Of a DNA stretch of 64,000 bases, positions 1 to 13,460 are shown in pieces. Source of the DNA: Eledone cirrhosa. Taxonomy: Eukaryota. Numbering within the stretch: the stretch's first letter is position 1; each line of letters begins with the position of its first letter. The DNA is taken from NCBI GenBank assembly GCA_964016885.1, contig OZ024758.1:37014001-37078000 (forward strand). The letters are read 5' to 3'. The position numbers were made by a program, and so were the translations under genes. The notes beneath the pieces were generated by a model, which saw nothing but the letters and a program-made list of their open reading frames with translations, had not been told where the DNA came from and searched no databases.

Positions 1-798
1 TGTCAGAAGTAACTCCACTGTTGGTGAGAATTCATTTAAGTTCATGGTACTAGTTGTCAGAAGTAACTCCACTGTTGGTGAGAATTCATTTAAGTTCATG
101 GTACTAGCTGTCAGAAGTAACCCCAATGTTGGTAAGAATTCATTTAAGTTCATGATATTAGCTGTCAGAAGTAACTCCACTGTTGGTGAGAATTCATTTA
201 AGTTCATGGTACTAGCTGTCAGAAGTAACTCCACTGTTGGTGAGAATTCATTTAAGTTTATGGTACTAGCTGTCAGAAGTAACCCCAATGTTGGTGAGAA
301 TTCATTTAAGTTCATGGTATTAGCTGTCAGAAGTCACTCCAATGTTGGTGAGAATTCATTTAAGTTCATGGTATTAGCTGTCAGAAGTAACTCCACTGTT
401 GGTGAGAATTCATTTAAGTTCATGGTATTAGCTGTCAGAAGCAACTCCACTGTTGGTGAGAATTCATTTAAGTTCATGGTATTAGCTGTCAGAAGTAACT
501 CCACTGTTGGTGAGAATTCATTTAAGTTCATGGTATTAGCTGTCAGAAGGAACTCCAATGTTGGTGAGAATTCATTTAAGTCATGGTACTAGCTGTCAGA
601 AGTAACTCCACTGTTGGTGAGAATTCATTTAAGTTCATGGTATTAGCTGTCAGAAGGAACGCCACTGTTGGTGAGAATTCATTTAAGTTCATGGTATTAG
701 CTGTCAGAAGTAACTCCACTGTTGGTGAGAATTCATTTAAGTTCATGGTACTAGGTGTCAGAAGTAACTCCAATGTTGGTGAGAATTCATTTAAGTTC

Positions 799-3700
799 AT
801 GGTATTAGCTGTCAGAAGGAACTCCACTGTTGGTGATAATTCATTTAAGTTCATGGTATTAGCTGTCAGAAGTAACTCCACTGTTGGTGAGAATTCATTT
901 AAGTTCATGGTACTAGTTGTCAGAAGTAACTCCACTGTTGGTGAGAATTCATTTAAGTTCATGGTACTAGCTGTCAGAAGTAACTCCAATGTTGGTAAGA
1001 ATTCATTTAAGTTCATGATATTAGCTGTCAGAAGTAACTCCACTGTTGGTGAGAATTCATTTAAGTTCATGGTACTAGCTGTCAGAAGTAACTCCACTGT
1101 TGGTGAGAATTCATTTAAGTTTATGGTACTAGCTGTCAGAAGTAACCCCAATGTTGGTGAGAATTCATTTAAGTTCATGGTATTAGCTGTCAGAAGTCAC
1201 TCCAATGTTGGTGAGAATTCATTTCAGTTCATGGTATTAGCTGTCAGAAGTCACTCCACTGTTGGTGAGAATTCATTTAAGTTCATGGTACTAGCTGTCA
1301 GAAGTAACCACAATGTTGCTGAGAATTCATTTAAGTTCATGGTATTAGCTGTCAGAAGTCACTCCAATGTTGGTGAGAATTCATTTAAGTTCATGGTATT
1401 AGCTGTCAGAAGTAACTCCACTGTTGGTGAGAATTCATTTAAGTTCATGGTATTAGCTGTCAGAAGTAACTCCACTGTTGGTGAGAATTCATTTAAGTTC
1501 ATGGTATTAGCTGTCAGAAGTAACTCCACTGTTGGTGAGAATTCATTTAAGTTCATGGTATTACCTGTCAGAAGGAACTCCAATGTTGGTGAGAATTCAT
1601 TTAAGTCATGGTACTAGCTGTCAGAAGTAACTCCACTGTTGGTGAGAATTCATTTAAGTTCATGGTACTAGCTGTCAGAAGTAACTCCAATGTTGGTGAG
1701 AATTCATTTAAGTTCATGGTATTAGCTGTCAGAAGGAACTCCACTGTTGGTGAGAATTCATTTAAGTCTTGGTATTAGTTGTCAGAAGTAACTCCAATGT
1801 TGGTGAGAATTCATTTAAGTTCATGGTACTAGCTGTCAGAAGTAACCACAATGTTGCTGAGAATTCATTTAAGTTCATGGTATTAGCTGTCAGAAGTCAC
1901 TCCAATGTTGGTGAGAATTCATTTAAGTTCATGGTATTAGCTGTTAGAAGTCACTCCACTGTTGGTGAGAATTCATTTAAGTTCATGGTACTAGCTGTCA
2001 TAAGTAACCCCAATGTTGGTGAGAATTCATTTAAGTTCATGGTATTAGCTGTCACAAGTCACTCCAATGTTGGTGAGAATTCATTTAAGTTCATGGTATT
2101 AGCTGTCAGAAGTAACTCCACTGTTGGTGAGAATTCGTTTAAGTTCATGGTATTAGCTGTCAGAAGCAACTCCACTGTTGGTGAGAATTCATTTAAGTTC
2201 ATGGTATTAGCTGTCAGAAGTAACTCCACTGTTGGTGAGAATTCATTTAAGTTCATGGTATTAGCTGTCAGAAGGAACTCCAATGTTGGTGAGAATTCAT
2301 TTAAGTCATGGTACTAGCTGTCAGAAGTAACTCCACTGTTGGTGAGAATTCATTTAAGTTCATGGTATTAGCTGTCAGAAGGAACGCCACTGTTGGTGAG
2401 AATTCATTTAAGTTCATGGTATTAGCTGTCAGAAGTAACTCCACTGTTGGTGAGAATTCATTTAAGTTCATGGTACTAGCTGTCAGAAGTAACTCCAATG
2501 TTGGTGAGAATTCATTTAAGTTCATGGTATTAGCTGTCACAAGGAACTCCACTGTTGGTGAGAATTCATTTAATTCATGGTATTAGCTGTCAGAAGTAAA
2601 TCCAATGTTGGTGAGAATTCATTTAAGTTCATGTTATTAGCTGTCAGAAGTAACTCCACTGTTGGTGAGAATTCATTTAAGTTCATGGTATTAGCTGTCA
2701 GAAGGAACTCCAATGTTGGTGAGAATTCATTTAAGTCATGGTACTAGCTGTCAGAAGTAACTCCACTGTTGGTGAGAATTCATTTAAGTTCATGGTATTA
2801 GCTGTCAGAAGGAACGCCACTGTTGGTGAGAATTCATCTAAGTTCATGGTATTAGCTGTCAGAAGTAACTCCACTGTTGGTGAGAATTCATTTAAGTTCA
2901 TGGTACTAGCTGTCAGAAGTAACTCCAATGTTGGTGAGAATTCATTTAAGTTCATGGTATTAGCTGTCAGAAGTAACTCCACTGTTGGTGAGAATTCATT
3001 TAAGTCTTGGTGTTAGTTGTCAGAAGTAACTCCAATGTTGGTGAGAATTCATTTAAGTTCATGGTACTAGCTGTCAGAAGTAACCCCAATGTTGGTGAGA
3101 ATTCATTTAAGTTCATGGTATTAGCTGTCAGAAGTCACTCCAATGTTGGTGAGAATTCATTTAAGTTCATGGTATTAGCTGTCAGAAGTAACTCCACTGT
3201 TGGTGAGAATTCATTTAAGTTCATGGTATTAGCTGTCAGAAGCAACTCCACTGTTGGTGAGAATTCATTTAAGTTCATGGTATTAGCTGTCAGAAGTAAC
3301 TCCACTGTTGGTGAGAATTCATTTAAGTTCATGGTATTAGCTGTCAGAAGGAACTCCAATGTTGGTGAGAATTCATTTAAGTCATGGTACTAGCTGTCAG
3401 AAGTAACTCCACTGTTGGTGAGAATTCATTTAAGTTCATGGTATTAGCTGTCAGAAGGAACGCCACTGTTGGTGAGAATTCATTTAAGTTCATGGTATTA
3501 GCTGTCAGAAGTAACTCCACTGTTGGTGAGAATTCATTTAAGTTCATGGTACTAGCTGTCAGAAGTAACTCCAATGTTGGTGAGAATTCATTTAAGTTCA
3601 TGGTATTAGCTGTCAGAAGGAACTCCACTGTTGGTGATAATTCATTTCAGTTCATGGTATTAGCTGTCAGAAGTAACTCCACTGTTGGTGAGAATTCATT

Positions 3701-6700
3701 TAAGTTCATGGTACTAGTTGTCAGAAGTAACTCCACTGTTGGTGAGAATTCATTTAAGTTCATGGTACTAGCTGTCAGAAGTAACTCCAATGTTGGTAAG
3801 AATTCATTTAAGTTCATGATATTAGCTGTCAGAAGTAACTCCACTGTTGGTGAGAATTCATTTAAGTTCATGGTACTAGCTGTCAGAAGTAACTCCACTG
3901 TTGGTGAGAATTCATTTAAGTTTATGGTACTAGCTGTCAGAAGTAACCCCAATGTTGGTGAGAATTCATTTAAGTTCATGGTATTAGCTGTCAGAAGTCA
4001 CTCCAATGTTGGTTAGAATTCATTTAAGTTCATGGTATTAGCTGTCAGAAGTCACTCCACTGTTGGTGAGAATTCATTTAAGTTCATGGTACTAGCTGTC
4101 AGAAGTAACCCCAATGTTGCTGAGAATTCATTTAAGTTCATGGTATTAGCTGTCAGAAGTCACTCCAATGTTGGTGAGAATTCATTTAAGTTCATGGTAT
4201 TAGCTGTCAGAAGTAACTCCACTGTTGGTGAGAATTCATTTAAGTTCATGGTATTAGCTGTCAGAAGTAACTCCACTGTTGGTGAGAATTCATTTAAGTT
4301 CATGGTATTAGCTGTCAGACGTAACTCCACTGTTGGTGAGAATTCATTTAAGTTCATGGTATTACCTGTCAGAAGGAACTCCAATGTTGGTGAGAATTCA
4401 TTTAAGTCATGGTACTAGCTGTCAGAAGTAACTCCACTGTTGGTGAGAATTCATTTAAGTTCATGGTATTAGCTGTCAGAAGGAACGCCACTGTTGGTGA
4501 GAATTCATTTAAGTTCATGGTATTAGCTATCAGAAGTAACTCCACTGTTGGTGAGAATTCATTTAAGTTCATGGTACTAGCTGTCAGAAGTAACTCCAAT
4601 GTTGGTGAGAATTCATTTAAGTTCATGGTATTAGCTGTCAGAAGGAACTCCACTGTTGGTGAGAATTCATTTAAGTCTTGGTATTAGTTGTCAGAAGTAA
4701 CTCCAATGTTGGTGAGAATTCATTTAAGTTCATGGTACTAGCTGTCAGAAGTAACTCCACTGTTGGTGAGAATTCATTTAAGTTCATGGTACTAGCTGTC
4801 AGAAGTAACTCCAATGTTGGTGAGAATTCATTTAAGTTCATGGTATTAGCTGTCAGAAGTAACTCCACTGTTGGTGAGAATTCATTTAAGTTCATGGTAC
4901 TAGCTGTCAGAAGTAACTCCACTGTTGGTGAGAATTCATTTAAGTTCATGGTATTAGCTGTCAGAAGTAACTCCACTGTTGGTGAGAATTCATTTAAGTT
5001 CATGGTACTAGCTGTCAGAAGTAACCCCAATGTTGGTGAGAATTCATTTAAGTTCATGGTATTAGCTGTCAGAAGTCACTCCAATGTTGGTGAGAATTCA
5101 TTTAAGTTCATGGTATTAGCTGTTAGAAGTCACTCCACTGCTGGTGAGAATTCATTTAAGTTCATGGTACTAGCTGTCAGAAGTAACCCCAATGTTGGTG
5201 AGAATTCATTTAAGTTCATGGTATTAGCTGTCAGAAGTCACTCCAATGTTGGTGAGAATTCGTTTAAGTTCATGGTATTAGCTGTCAGAAGCAACTCCAC
5301 TGTTGGTGAGAATTCATTTAAGTTCATGGTATTAGCTGTCAGAAGTAACTCCACTGTTGGTGAGAATTCATTTAAGTTCATGGTATTAGCTGTCAGAAGG
5401 AACTCCACTGTTGGTGATAATTCATTTAAGTTCATGGTATTAGCTGTCAGAAGTAACTCCACTGTTGGTGAGAATTCATTTAAGTTCATGGTACTAGTTG
5501 TCAGAAGTAACTCCACTGTTGGTGAGAATTCATTTAAGTTCATGGTACTAGCTGTCAGAAGTAACTCCAATGTTGGTAAGAATTCATTTAAGTTCATGAT
5601 ATTAGCTGTCAGAAGTAACTCCACTGTTGGTGAGAATTCATTTAAGTTCATGGTACTAGCTGTCAGAAGTAACTCCACTGTTGGTGAGAATTCATTTAAG
5701 TTTATGGTACTAGCTGTCAGAAGTAACCCCAATGTTGGTGAGAATTCATTTAAGTTCATGGTATTAGCTGTCAGAAGTCACTCCAATGTTGGTGAGAATT
5801 CATTTCAGTTCATGGTATTAGCTGTCAGAAGTCACTCCACTGTTGGTGAGAATTCATTTAAGTTCATGGTACTAGCTGTCAGAAGTAACCCCAATGTTGC
5901 TGAGAATTCATTTAAGTTCATGGTATTAGCTGTCAGAAGTCACTCCAATGTTGGTGAGAATTCATTTAAGTTCATGGTATTAGCTGTCAGAAGTAACTCC
6001 ACTGTTGGTGAGAATTCATTTAAGTTCATGGTATTAGCTGTCAGAAGTAACTCCACTGTTGGTGAGAATTCATTTAAGTTCATGGTATTAGCTGTCAGAA
6101 GTAACTCCACTGTTGGTGAGAATTCATTTAAGTTCATGGTATTACCTGTCAGAAGGAACTCCAATGTTGGTGAGAATTCATTTAAGTCATGGTACTAGCT
6201 GTCAGAAGTAACTCCACTGTTGGTGAGAATTCATTTAAGTTCATGGTATTAGCTGTCAGAAGGAACGCCACTGTTGGTGAGAATTCATTTAAGTTCATGG
6301 TATTAGCTATCAGAAGTAACTCCACTGTTGGTGAGAATTCATTTAAGTTCATGGTACTAGCTGTCAGAAGTAACTCCAATGTTGGTGAGAATTCATTTAA
6401 GTTCATGGTATTAGCTGTCAGAAGGAACTCCACTGTTGGTGAGAATTCATTTAAGTCTTGGTATTAGTTGTCAGAAGTAAATCCAATGTTGGTGAGAATT
6501 CATTTAAGTTCATGGTACTAGCTGTCAGAAGTAACTCCACTGTTGGTGAGAATTCATTTAAGTTCATGGTACTAGCTGTCAGAAGTAACTCCAATGTTGG
6601 TGAGAATTCATTTACGTTCATGGTATTAGCTGTCACAAGGAACTCCACTGTTGGTGAGAATTCATTTAATTCATGGTATTAGCTGTCAGAAGTAAATCCA

Positions 6701-8451
6701 ATGTTGGTGAGAATTCATTTAAGTTCATGGTATTAGCTGTCAGAAGTAACTCCACTGTTGGTGAGAATTCATTTAAGTTCATGGTATTAGCTGTCAGAAA
6801 GAACTCCAATGTTGGTGAGAATTCATTTAAGTTCATGGTATTAGCTGTTAGAAGTCACTCCACTGTTGGTGAGAATTCATTTAAGTTCATGGTACTAGCT
6901 GTCAGAAGTAACCCCAATGTTGGTGAGAATTCATTTAAGTTCATGGTATTAGCTGTCAGAAGTCACTCCAATGTTGGTGAGAATTCATTTAAGTTCATGG
7001 TATTAGCTGTCAGAAGTAACTCCACTGTTGGTGAGAATTCGTTTAAGTTCATGGTATTAGCTGTCAGAAGTAACTCCACTGTTGGTGAGAATTCATTTAA
7101 GTCTTGGTGTTAGTTGTCAGAAGTAACTCCAATGTTGGTGAGAATTCATTTAAGTTCATGGTACTAGCTGTCAGAAGTAACCCCAATGTTGGTGAGAATT
7201 CATTTAAGTTCATGGTATTAGCTGTCAGAAGTCACTCCAATGTTGGTGAGAATTCATTTAAGTTCATGGTATTAGCTGTCAGAAGTAACTCCACTGTTGG
7301 TGAGAATTCATTTAAGTTCATGGTATTAGCTGTCAGAAGCAACTCCACTGTTGGTGAGAATTCATTTAAGTTCATGGTATTAGCTGTCAGAAGTAACTCC
7401 ACTGTTGGTGAGAATTCATTTAAGTTCATGGTATTAGCTGTCAGAAGGAACTCCAATGTTGGTGAGAATTCATTTAAGTCATGGTACTAGCTGTCAGAAG
7501 TAACTCCACTGTTGGTGAGAATTCATTTAAGTTCATGGTATTAGCTGTCAGAAGGAACGCCACTGTTGGTGAGAATTCATTTAAGTTCATGGTATTAGCT
7601 GTCAGAAGTAACTCCACTGTTGGTGAGAATTCATTTAAGTTCATGGTACTAGCTGTCAGAAGTAACTCCAATGTTGGTGAGAATTCATTTAAGTTCATGG
7701 TATTAGCTGTCAGAAGGAACTCCACTGTTGGTGATAATTCATTTAAGTTCATGGTATTAGCTGTCAGAAGTAACTCCACTGTTGGTGAGAATTCATTTAA
7801 GTTCATGGTACTAGTTGTCAGAAGTAACTCCACTGTTGGTGAGAATTCATTTAAGTTCATGGTACTCGCTGTCAGAAGTAACTCCAATGTTGGTAAGAAT
7901 TCATTTAAGTTCATGATATTAGCTGTCAGAAGTAACTCCACTGTTGGTGAGAATTCATTTAAGTTCATGGTACTAGCTGTCAGAAGTAACTCCACTGTTG
8001 GTGAGAATTCATTTAAGTTTATGGTACTAGCTGTCAGAAGTAACCCCAATGTTGGTGAGAATTCATTTAAGTTCATGTTATTAGCTGTCAGAAGTCACTC
8101 CAATGTTGGTTAGAATTCATTTAAGTTCATGGTATTAGCTGTCAGAAGTCACTCCACTGTTGGTGAGAATTCATTTAAGTTCATGGTACTAGCTGTCAGA
8201 AGTAACCCCAATGTTGCTGAGAATTCATTTAAGTTCATGGTATTAGCTGTCAGAAGTCACTCCAATGTTGGTGAGAATTCATTTAAGTTCATGGTATTAG
8301 CTGTCAGAAGTAACTCCACTGTTGGTGAGAATTCATTTAAGTTCATGGTATTAGCTGTCAGAAGTAACTCCACTGTTGGTGAGAATTCATTTAAGTTCAT
8401 GGTATTACCTGTCAGAAGGAACTCCAATGTTGGTGAGAATTCATTTAAGTC
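799..8451. repeat. ~0.8-kb (14-15 monomer) marker block present four times (~799-1607, ~3600-4408, ~5380-6188, ~7697-8451) plus a partial copy at 1-300
   Basis: Each copy has the same ordered set of rare variants: GGTGATAAT, CTAGTTG, GGTAAG, ATGATA, TTTATG, GTTGCTGAG, TTACCT. It shows in the ORF track as GDN...VV...GKN...MIL...AEN...LPV (ORFs at 583, 3384/4032, 4678, 7481/8129). Confidence 0.9.
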
Positions 8452-9270
8452 ATGGTACTAGCTGTCAGAAGTAACTCCACTGTTGGTGAGAATTCATTTA
8501 AGTTCATGGTATTAGCTGTCAGAAGGAACGCCACTGTTGGTGAGAATTCATTTAAGTTCATGGTATTAGCTATCAGAAGTAACTCCACTGTTGGTGAGAA
8601 TTCATTTAAGTTCATGGTACTAGCTATCAGAAGTAACTCCAATGTTGGTGAGAATTCATTTAAGTTCATGGTATTAGCTGTCAGAAGGAACTCCACTGTT
8701 GGTGAGAATTCATTTAAGTCTTGGTATTAGTTGTCAGAAGTAACTCCAATGTTGGTGAGAATTCATTTAAGTTCATGGTACTAGCTGTCAGAAGTAACTC
8801 CACTGTTGGTGAGAATTCATTTAAGTTCATGGTACTAGCTGTCAGAAGTAACTCCAATGTTGGTGAGAATTCATTTAAGTTCATGGTATTAGCTGTCAGA
8901 AGTAACTCCACTGTTGGTGAGAATTCATTTAAGTTCATGGTACTAGCTGTCAGAAGTAACTCCACTGTTGGTGAGAATTCATTTAAGTTCATGGTATTAG
9001 CTGTCAGAAGTAACTCCACTGTTGGTGAGAATTCATTTAAGTTCATGGTACTAGCTGTCAGAAGTAACCCCAATGTTGGTGAGAATTCATTTAAGTTCAT
9101 GGTATTAGCTGTCAGAAGTCACTCCAATGTTGGTGAGAATTCATTTAAGTTCATGGTATTAGCTGTTAGAAGTCACTCCACTGTTGGTGAGAATTCATTT
9201 AAGTTCATGGTACTAGCTGTCAGAAGTAACCCCAATGTTGGTGAGAATTCATTTAAGTTCATGGTATTAG
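2953..9270. repeat. Block duplication ~2950-5230 vs ~7050-9270 (offset 4097 bp, then 4043 bp after loss of one monomer)
   Basis: ORF pairs 3007/7104, 3384/7481 and 4032/8129 differ by 4097; 4409/8452 and 4678/8721 differ by 4043. Both share a private GGTTAG variant at ~4014 and ~8111. Confidence 0.85.
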
Positions 9271-9583
9271 CTGTCAGAAGTCACTCCAATGTTGGTGAGA
9301 ATTCATTTAAGTTCATGGTACTAGCTGTCAGAAGTAACTCCACTGTTGGTGAGAATTCATTTAAGTTCATGGTACTAGCTGTCAGAAGTAACTCCACTGT
9401 TGGTGAGAATTCATTTAAGTTCATGGTATTAGCTGTCAGAAGGAACTCCAATGTTGGTGAGAATTCATTTAAGTCATGGTACTAGCTGTCAGAAGTAACT
9501 CCACTGTTGGTGAGAATTCATTTAAGTTCATGGTATTAGCTGTCAGAAGGAACGCCACTGTTGGTGAGAATTCATTTAAGTTC

Positions 9584-12500
9584 ATGGTATTAGCTGTCAG
9601 AAGTAACTCCACTGTTGGTGAGAATTCATTTAAGTTCATGGTACTAGCTGTCAGAAGTAACTCCAATGTTGGTGAGAATTCATTTAAGTTCATGGTATTA
9701 GCTGTCAGAAGGAACTCCACTGTTGGTGAGAATTCATTTAAGTTCATGGTATTAGCTGTCAGAGGTAACTCCACTGTTGGTGAGAATTCATTTAAGTTCA
9801 TGGTACTAGTTGTCAGAAGTAACTCCACTGTTGGTGAGAATTCATTTAAGTTCATGGTATTAGTTCGTCAGAAGTAACTCCACTGTTGGTGAGAATTCAT
9901 TTAAGTCATGGTATTAGTTGTCAGAAGTAACTCCAATGTTGGTGAGAATTCATTTAAGTCATGGTACTAGCTGTCAGAAGTAACTCCAATGTTGGTGAGA
10001 ATTCATTTAAGTTCATGGTATTAGCTGTCAGAAGGAACTCCACTGTTGGTGAGAATTCATTTAAGTTCATGGTACTAGCTGTCAGAAGTAACTCTAATGT
10101 TGGTGAGAATTCATTTAAGTTCATGGTATTAGCTGTCAGAAGTAACTCCACTGTTGGTGAGAATTCATTTAAGTTCATGGTATTAGCTGTCAGAAGGAAC
10201 GCCACTGTTGGTGAGAATTCATCTAAGTTCATGGTATTAGCTGTCAGAAGTAACACCACTGTTGGTGAGAATTCATTTAAGTTCATGGTACTAGCTGTCA
10301 GAAGTAACTCCAATGTTGGTGAGAATTCATTTAAGTTCATGGTATTAGCTGTCAGAAGTAACTCCAATGTTGGTGAGAATTCATTTAAGTCTTGGTGTTA
10401 GTTGTCAGAAGTAACTCCAATGTTGGTGAGAATTCATTTAAGTTCATGGTACTAGCTGTCAGAAGTAACCCCAATGTTGGTGAGAATTCATTTAAGTTCA
10501 TGGTATTAGCTGTCAGAAGTCACTCCAATGTTGGTGAGAATTCATTTAAGTTCATGGTATTAGCTGTTAGAAGTCACTCCACTGTTGGTGAGAATTCATT
10601 TAAGTTCATGGTACTAGCTGTCAGAAGTAACCCCAATGTTGGTGAGAATTCATTTAAGTTCATGGTATTAGCTGTCAGAAGTCACTCCAATGTTGGTGAG
10701 AATTCATTTAAGTTCATGGTATTAGCTGTCAGAAGTAACTCCACTGTTGGTGAGAATTCGTTTAAGTTCATGGTATTAGCTGTCAGAAGCAACTCCACTG
10801 TTGGTGAGAATTCATTTAAGTTCATGGTATTAGCTGTCAGAAGTAACTCCACTGTTGGTGAGAATTCATTTAAGTTCATGGTATTAGCTGTCAGAAGGAA
10901 CTCCAATGTTGGTGAGAATTCATTTAAGTCATGGTACTAGCTGTCAGAAGTAACTCCACTGTTGGTGAGAATTCATTTAAGTTCATGGTATTAGCTGTCA
11001 GAAGGAACGCCACTGTTGGTGAGAATTCATTTAAGTTCATGGTATTAGCTGTCAGAAGTAACTCCACTGTTGGTGAGAATTCATTTAAGTTCATGGTACT
11101 AGCTGTCAGAAGTAACTCCAATGTTGGTGAGAATTCATTTAAGTTCATGGTATTAGCTGTCAGAAGGAACTCCACTGTTGGTGAGAATTCATTTAAGATC
11201 ATGGTATTAGCTGTCAGAAGTAACTCCACTGTTGGTGAGAATTCATTTAAGTTCATGGTACTAGTTGTCAGAAGTAACTCCACTGTTGGTGAGAATTCAT
11301 TTAAGTTCATGGTATTAGTTCGTCAGAAGTAACTCCACTGTTGGTGAGAATTCATTTAAGTCATGGTATTAGTTGTCAGAAGTAACTCCAATGTTGGTGA
11401 GAATTCATTTAAGTCATGGTACTAGCTGTCAGAAGTAACTCCAATGTTGGTGAGAATTCATTTAAGTTCATGGTATTAGCTGTCAGAAGGAACTCCACTG
11501 TTGGTGAGAATTCATTTAAGTTCATGGTACTAGCTGTCAGAAGTAACTCTAATGTTGGTGAGAATTCATTTAAGTTCATGGTATTAGCTGTCACAAGGAA
11601 CTCCACTGTTGGTGAGAATTCCTTTAAGTCATGGTATTAGCTGTCAGAAGTAAATCCAATGTTGGTGAGAATTCATTTAAGTTCATGGTATTAGCTGTCA
11701 GAAGTAACTCCACTGTTGGTGAGAATTCATTTAAGTTCATGGTACTAGCTGTCAGAAGTAACTCCAATGTTGGTGAGAATTCATTTAAGTTCATGGTATT
11801 AGCTGTCAGAAGGAACTCCACTGTTGGTGAGAATTCATTTAAGTTCATGGTATTAGCTGTCAGAAGTAACTCCACTGTTGGTGAGAATTCATTTAAGTTC
11901 ATGGTACTAGTTGTCAGAAGTAACTCCACTGTTGGTGAGAATTCATTTAAGTTCATGGTATTAGTTCGTCAGAAGTAACTCCACTGTTGGTGAGAATTCA
12001 TTTAAGTCATGGTATTAGTTGTCAGAAGTAACTCCAATGTTGGTGAGAATTCATTTAAGTCATGGTACTAGCTGTCAGAAGTAACTCCAATGTTGGTGAG
12101 AATTCATTTAAGTTCATGGTATTAGCTGTCAGAAGGAACTCCACTGTTGGTGAGAATTCATTTAAGTTCATGGTACTAGCTGTCAGAAGTAACTCTAATG
12201 TTGGTGAGAATTCATTTAAGTTCATGGTATTAGCTGTCAGAAGTAACTCCACTGTTGGTGAGAATTCATTTAAGTTCATGGTATTAGCTGTCAGAAGGAA
12301 CGCCACTGTTGGTGAGAATTCATCTAAGTTCATGGTATTAGCTGTCAGAAGTAACACCACTGTTGGTGAGAATTCATTTAAGTTCATGGTACTAGCTGTC
12401 AGAAGTAACTCCAATGTTGGTGAGAATTCATTTAAGTTCATGGTATTAGCTGTCAGAAGTAACTCCACTGTTGGTGAGAATTCATTTAAGTCTTGGTGTT

Positions 12501-13460
12501 AGTTGTCAGAAGTAACTCCAATGTTGGTGAGAATTCATTTAAGTTCATGGTACTAGCTGTCAGAAGTAACCCCAATGTTGGTGAGAATTCATTTAAGTTC
12601 ATGGTATTAGCTGTCAGAAGTCACTCCAATGTTGGTGAGAATTCATTTAAGTTCATGGTATTAGCTGTTAGAAGTCACTCCACTGTTGGTGAGAATTCAT
12701 TTAAGTTCATGGTACTAGCTGTCAGAAGTAACCCCAATGTTGGTGAGAATTCATTTAAGTTCATGGTATTAGCTGTCAGAAGTCACTCCAATGTTGGTGA
12801 GAATTCATTTAAGTTCATGGTATTAGCTGTCAGAAGTAACTCCACTGTTTGTGAGAATTCGTTTAAGTTCATGGTATTAGCTGTCAGAAGCAACTCCACT
12901 GTTGGTGAGAATTCATTTAAGTTCATGGTATTAGCTGTCAGAAGTAACTCCACTGTTGGTGAGAATTCATTTAAGTTCATGGTATTAGCTGTCAGAAGGA
13001 ACTCCAATGTTGGTGAGAATTCATTTAAGTCATGGTACTAGCTGTCAGAAGTAACTCCACTGTTGGTGAGAATTCATTTAAGTTCATGGTATTAGCTGTC
13101 AGAAGGAACGCCACTGTTGGTGAGAATTCATTTAAGTTCATGGTATTAGCTGTCAGAAGTAACTCCACTGTTGGTGAGAATTCATTTAAGTTCATGGTAC
13201 TAGCTGTCAGAAGTAACTCCAATGTTGGTGAGAATTCATTTAAGTTCATGGTATTAGCTGTCAGAAGGAACTCCACTGTTGGTGAGAATTCATTTAAGAT
13301 CATGGTATTAGCTGTCAGAAGTAACTCCACTGTTGGTGAGAATTCATTTAAGTTCATGGTACTAGTTGTCAGAAGTAACTCCACTGTTGGTGAGAATTCA
13401 TTTAAGTTCATGGTATTAGTTCGTCAGAAGTAACACCACTGTTGGTGAGAATTCATTTAA
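9584..13460. repeat. 2101-bp (39-monomer) tandem duplication inside copy A; counterpart in copy B at ~21975-26177
   Basis: ORF pairs 9961/12062, 10392/12493, 10931/13032 and 22352/24453, 22783/24884, 23322/25423, 23807/25908 all differ by 2101. Shared variants include TCATCTAAG, AACACC and AAGATC. Confidence 0.9.

Noticed and set aside
333-353. Hairpin, terminator or structured RNA from TCACTCCAATGTTGGTGA and the GAATTC palindrome
   Set aside because: Stems are only 3-4 bp with bulges and a 2-4-nt loop, and there is no U-tract or covariation. Too weak to call.
576-592. Overlapping start/stop (AAGTCATGGTACTAG) resembling translational coupling or programmed frameshifting
   Set aside because: It follows automatically from the deleted-T monomer junction, because every monomer has an ATG and an out-of-frame TAG. 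No independent ribosome-binding or slippery-site signal is evident.
583-1617. Resemblance of STVGENSF to the BspA/TpLRR leucine-rich repeat motif (VxxIGxxAF)
   Set aside because: The period is 18 aa rather than ~22-23, the LxxIxIP part is missing, and copies are near-identical at DNA level with frequent frameshifts.
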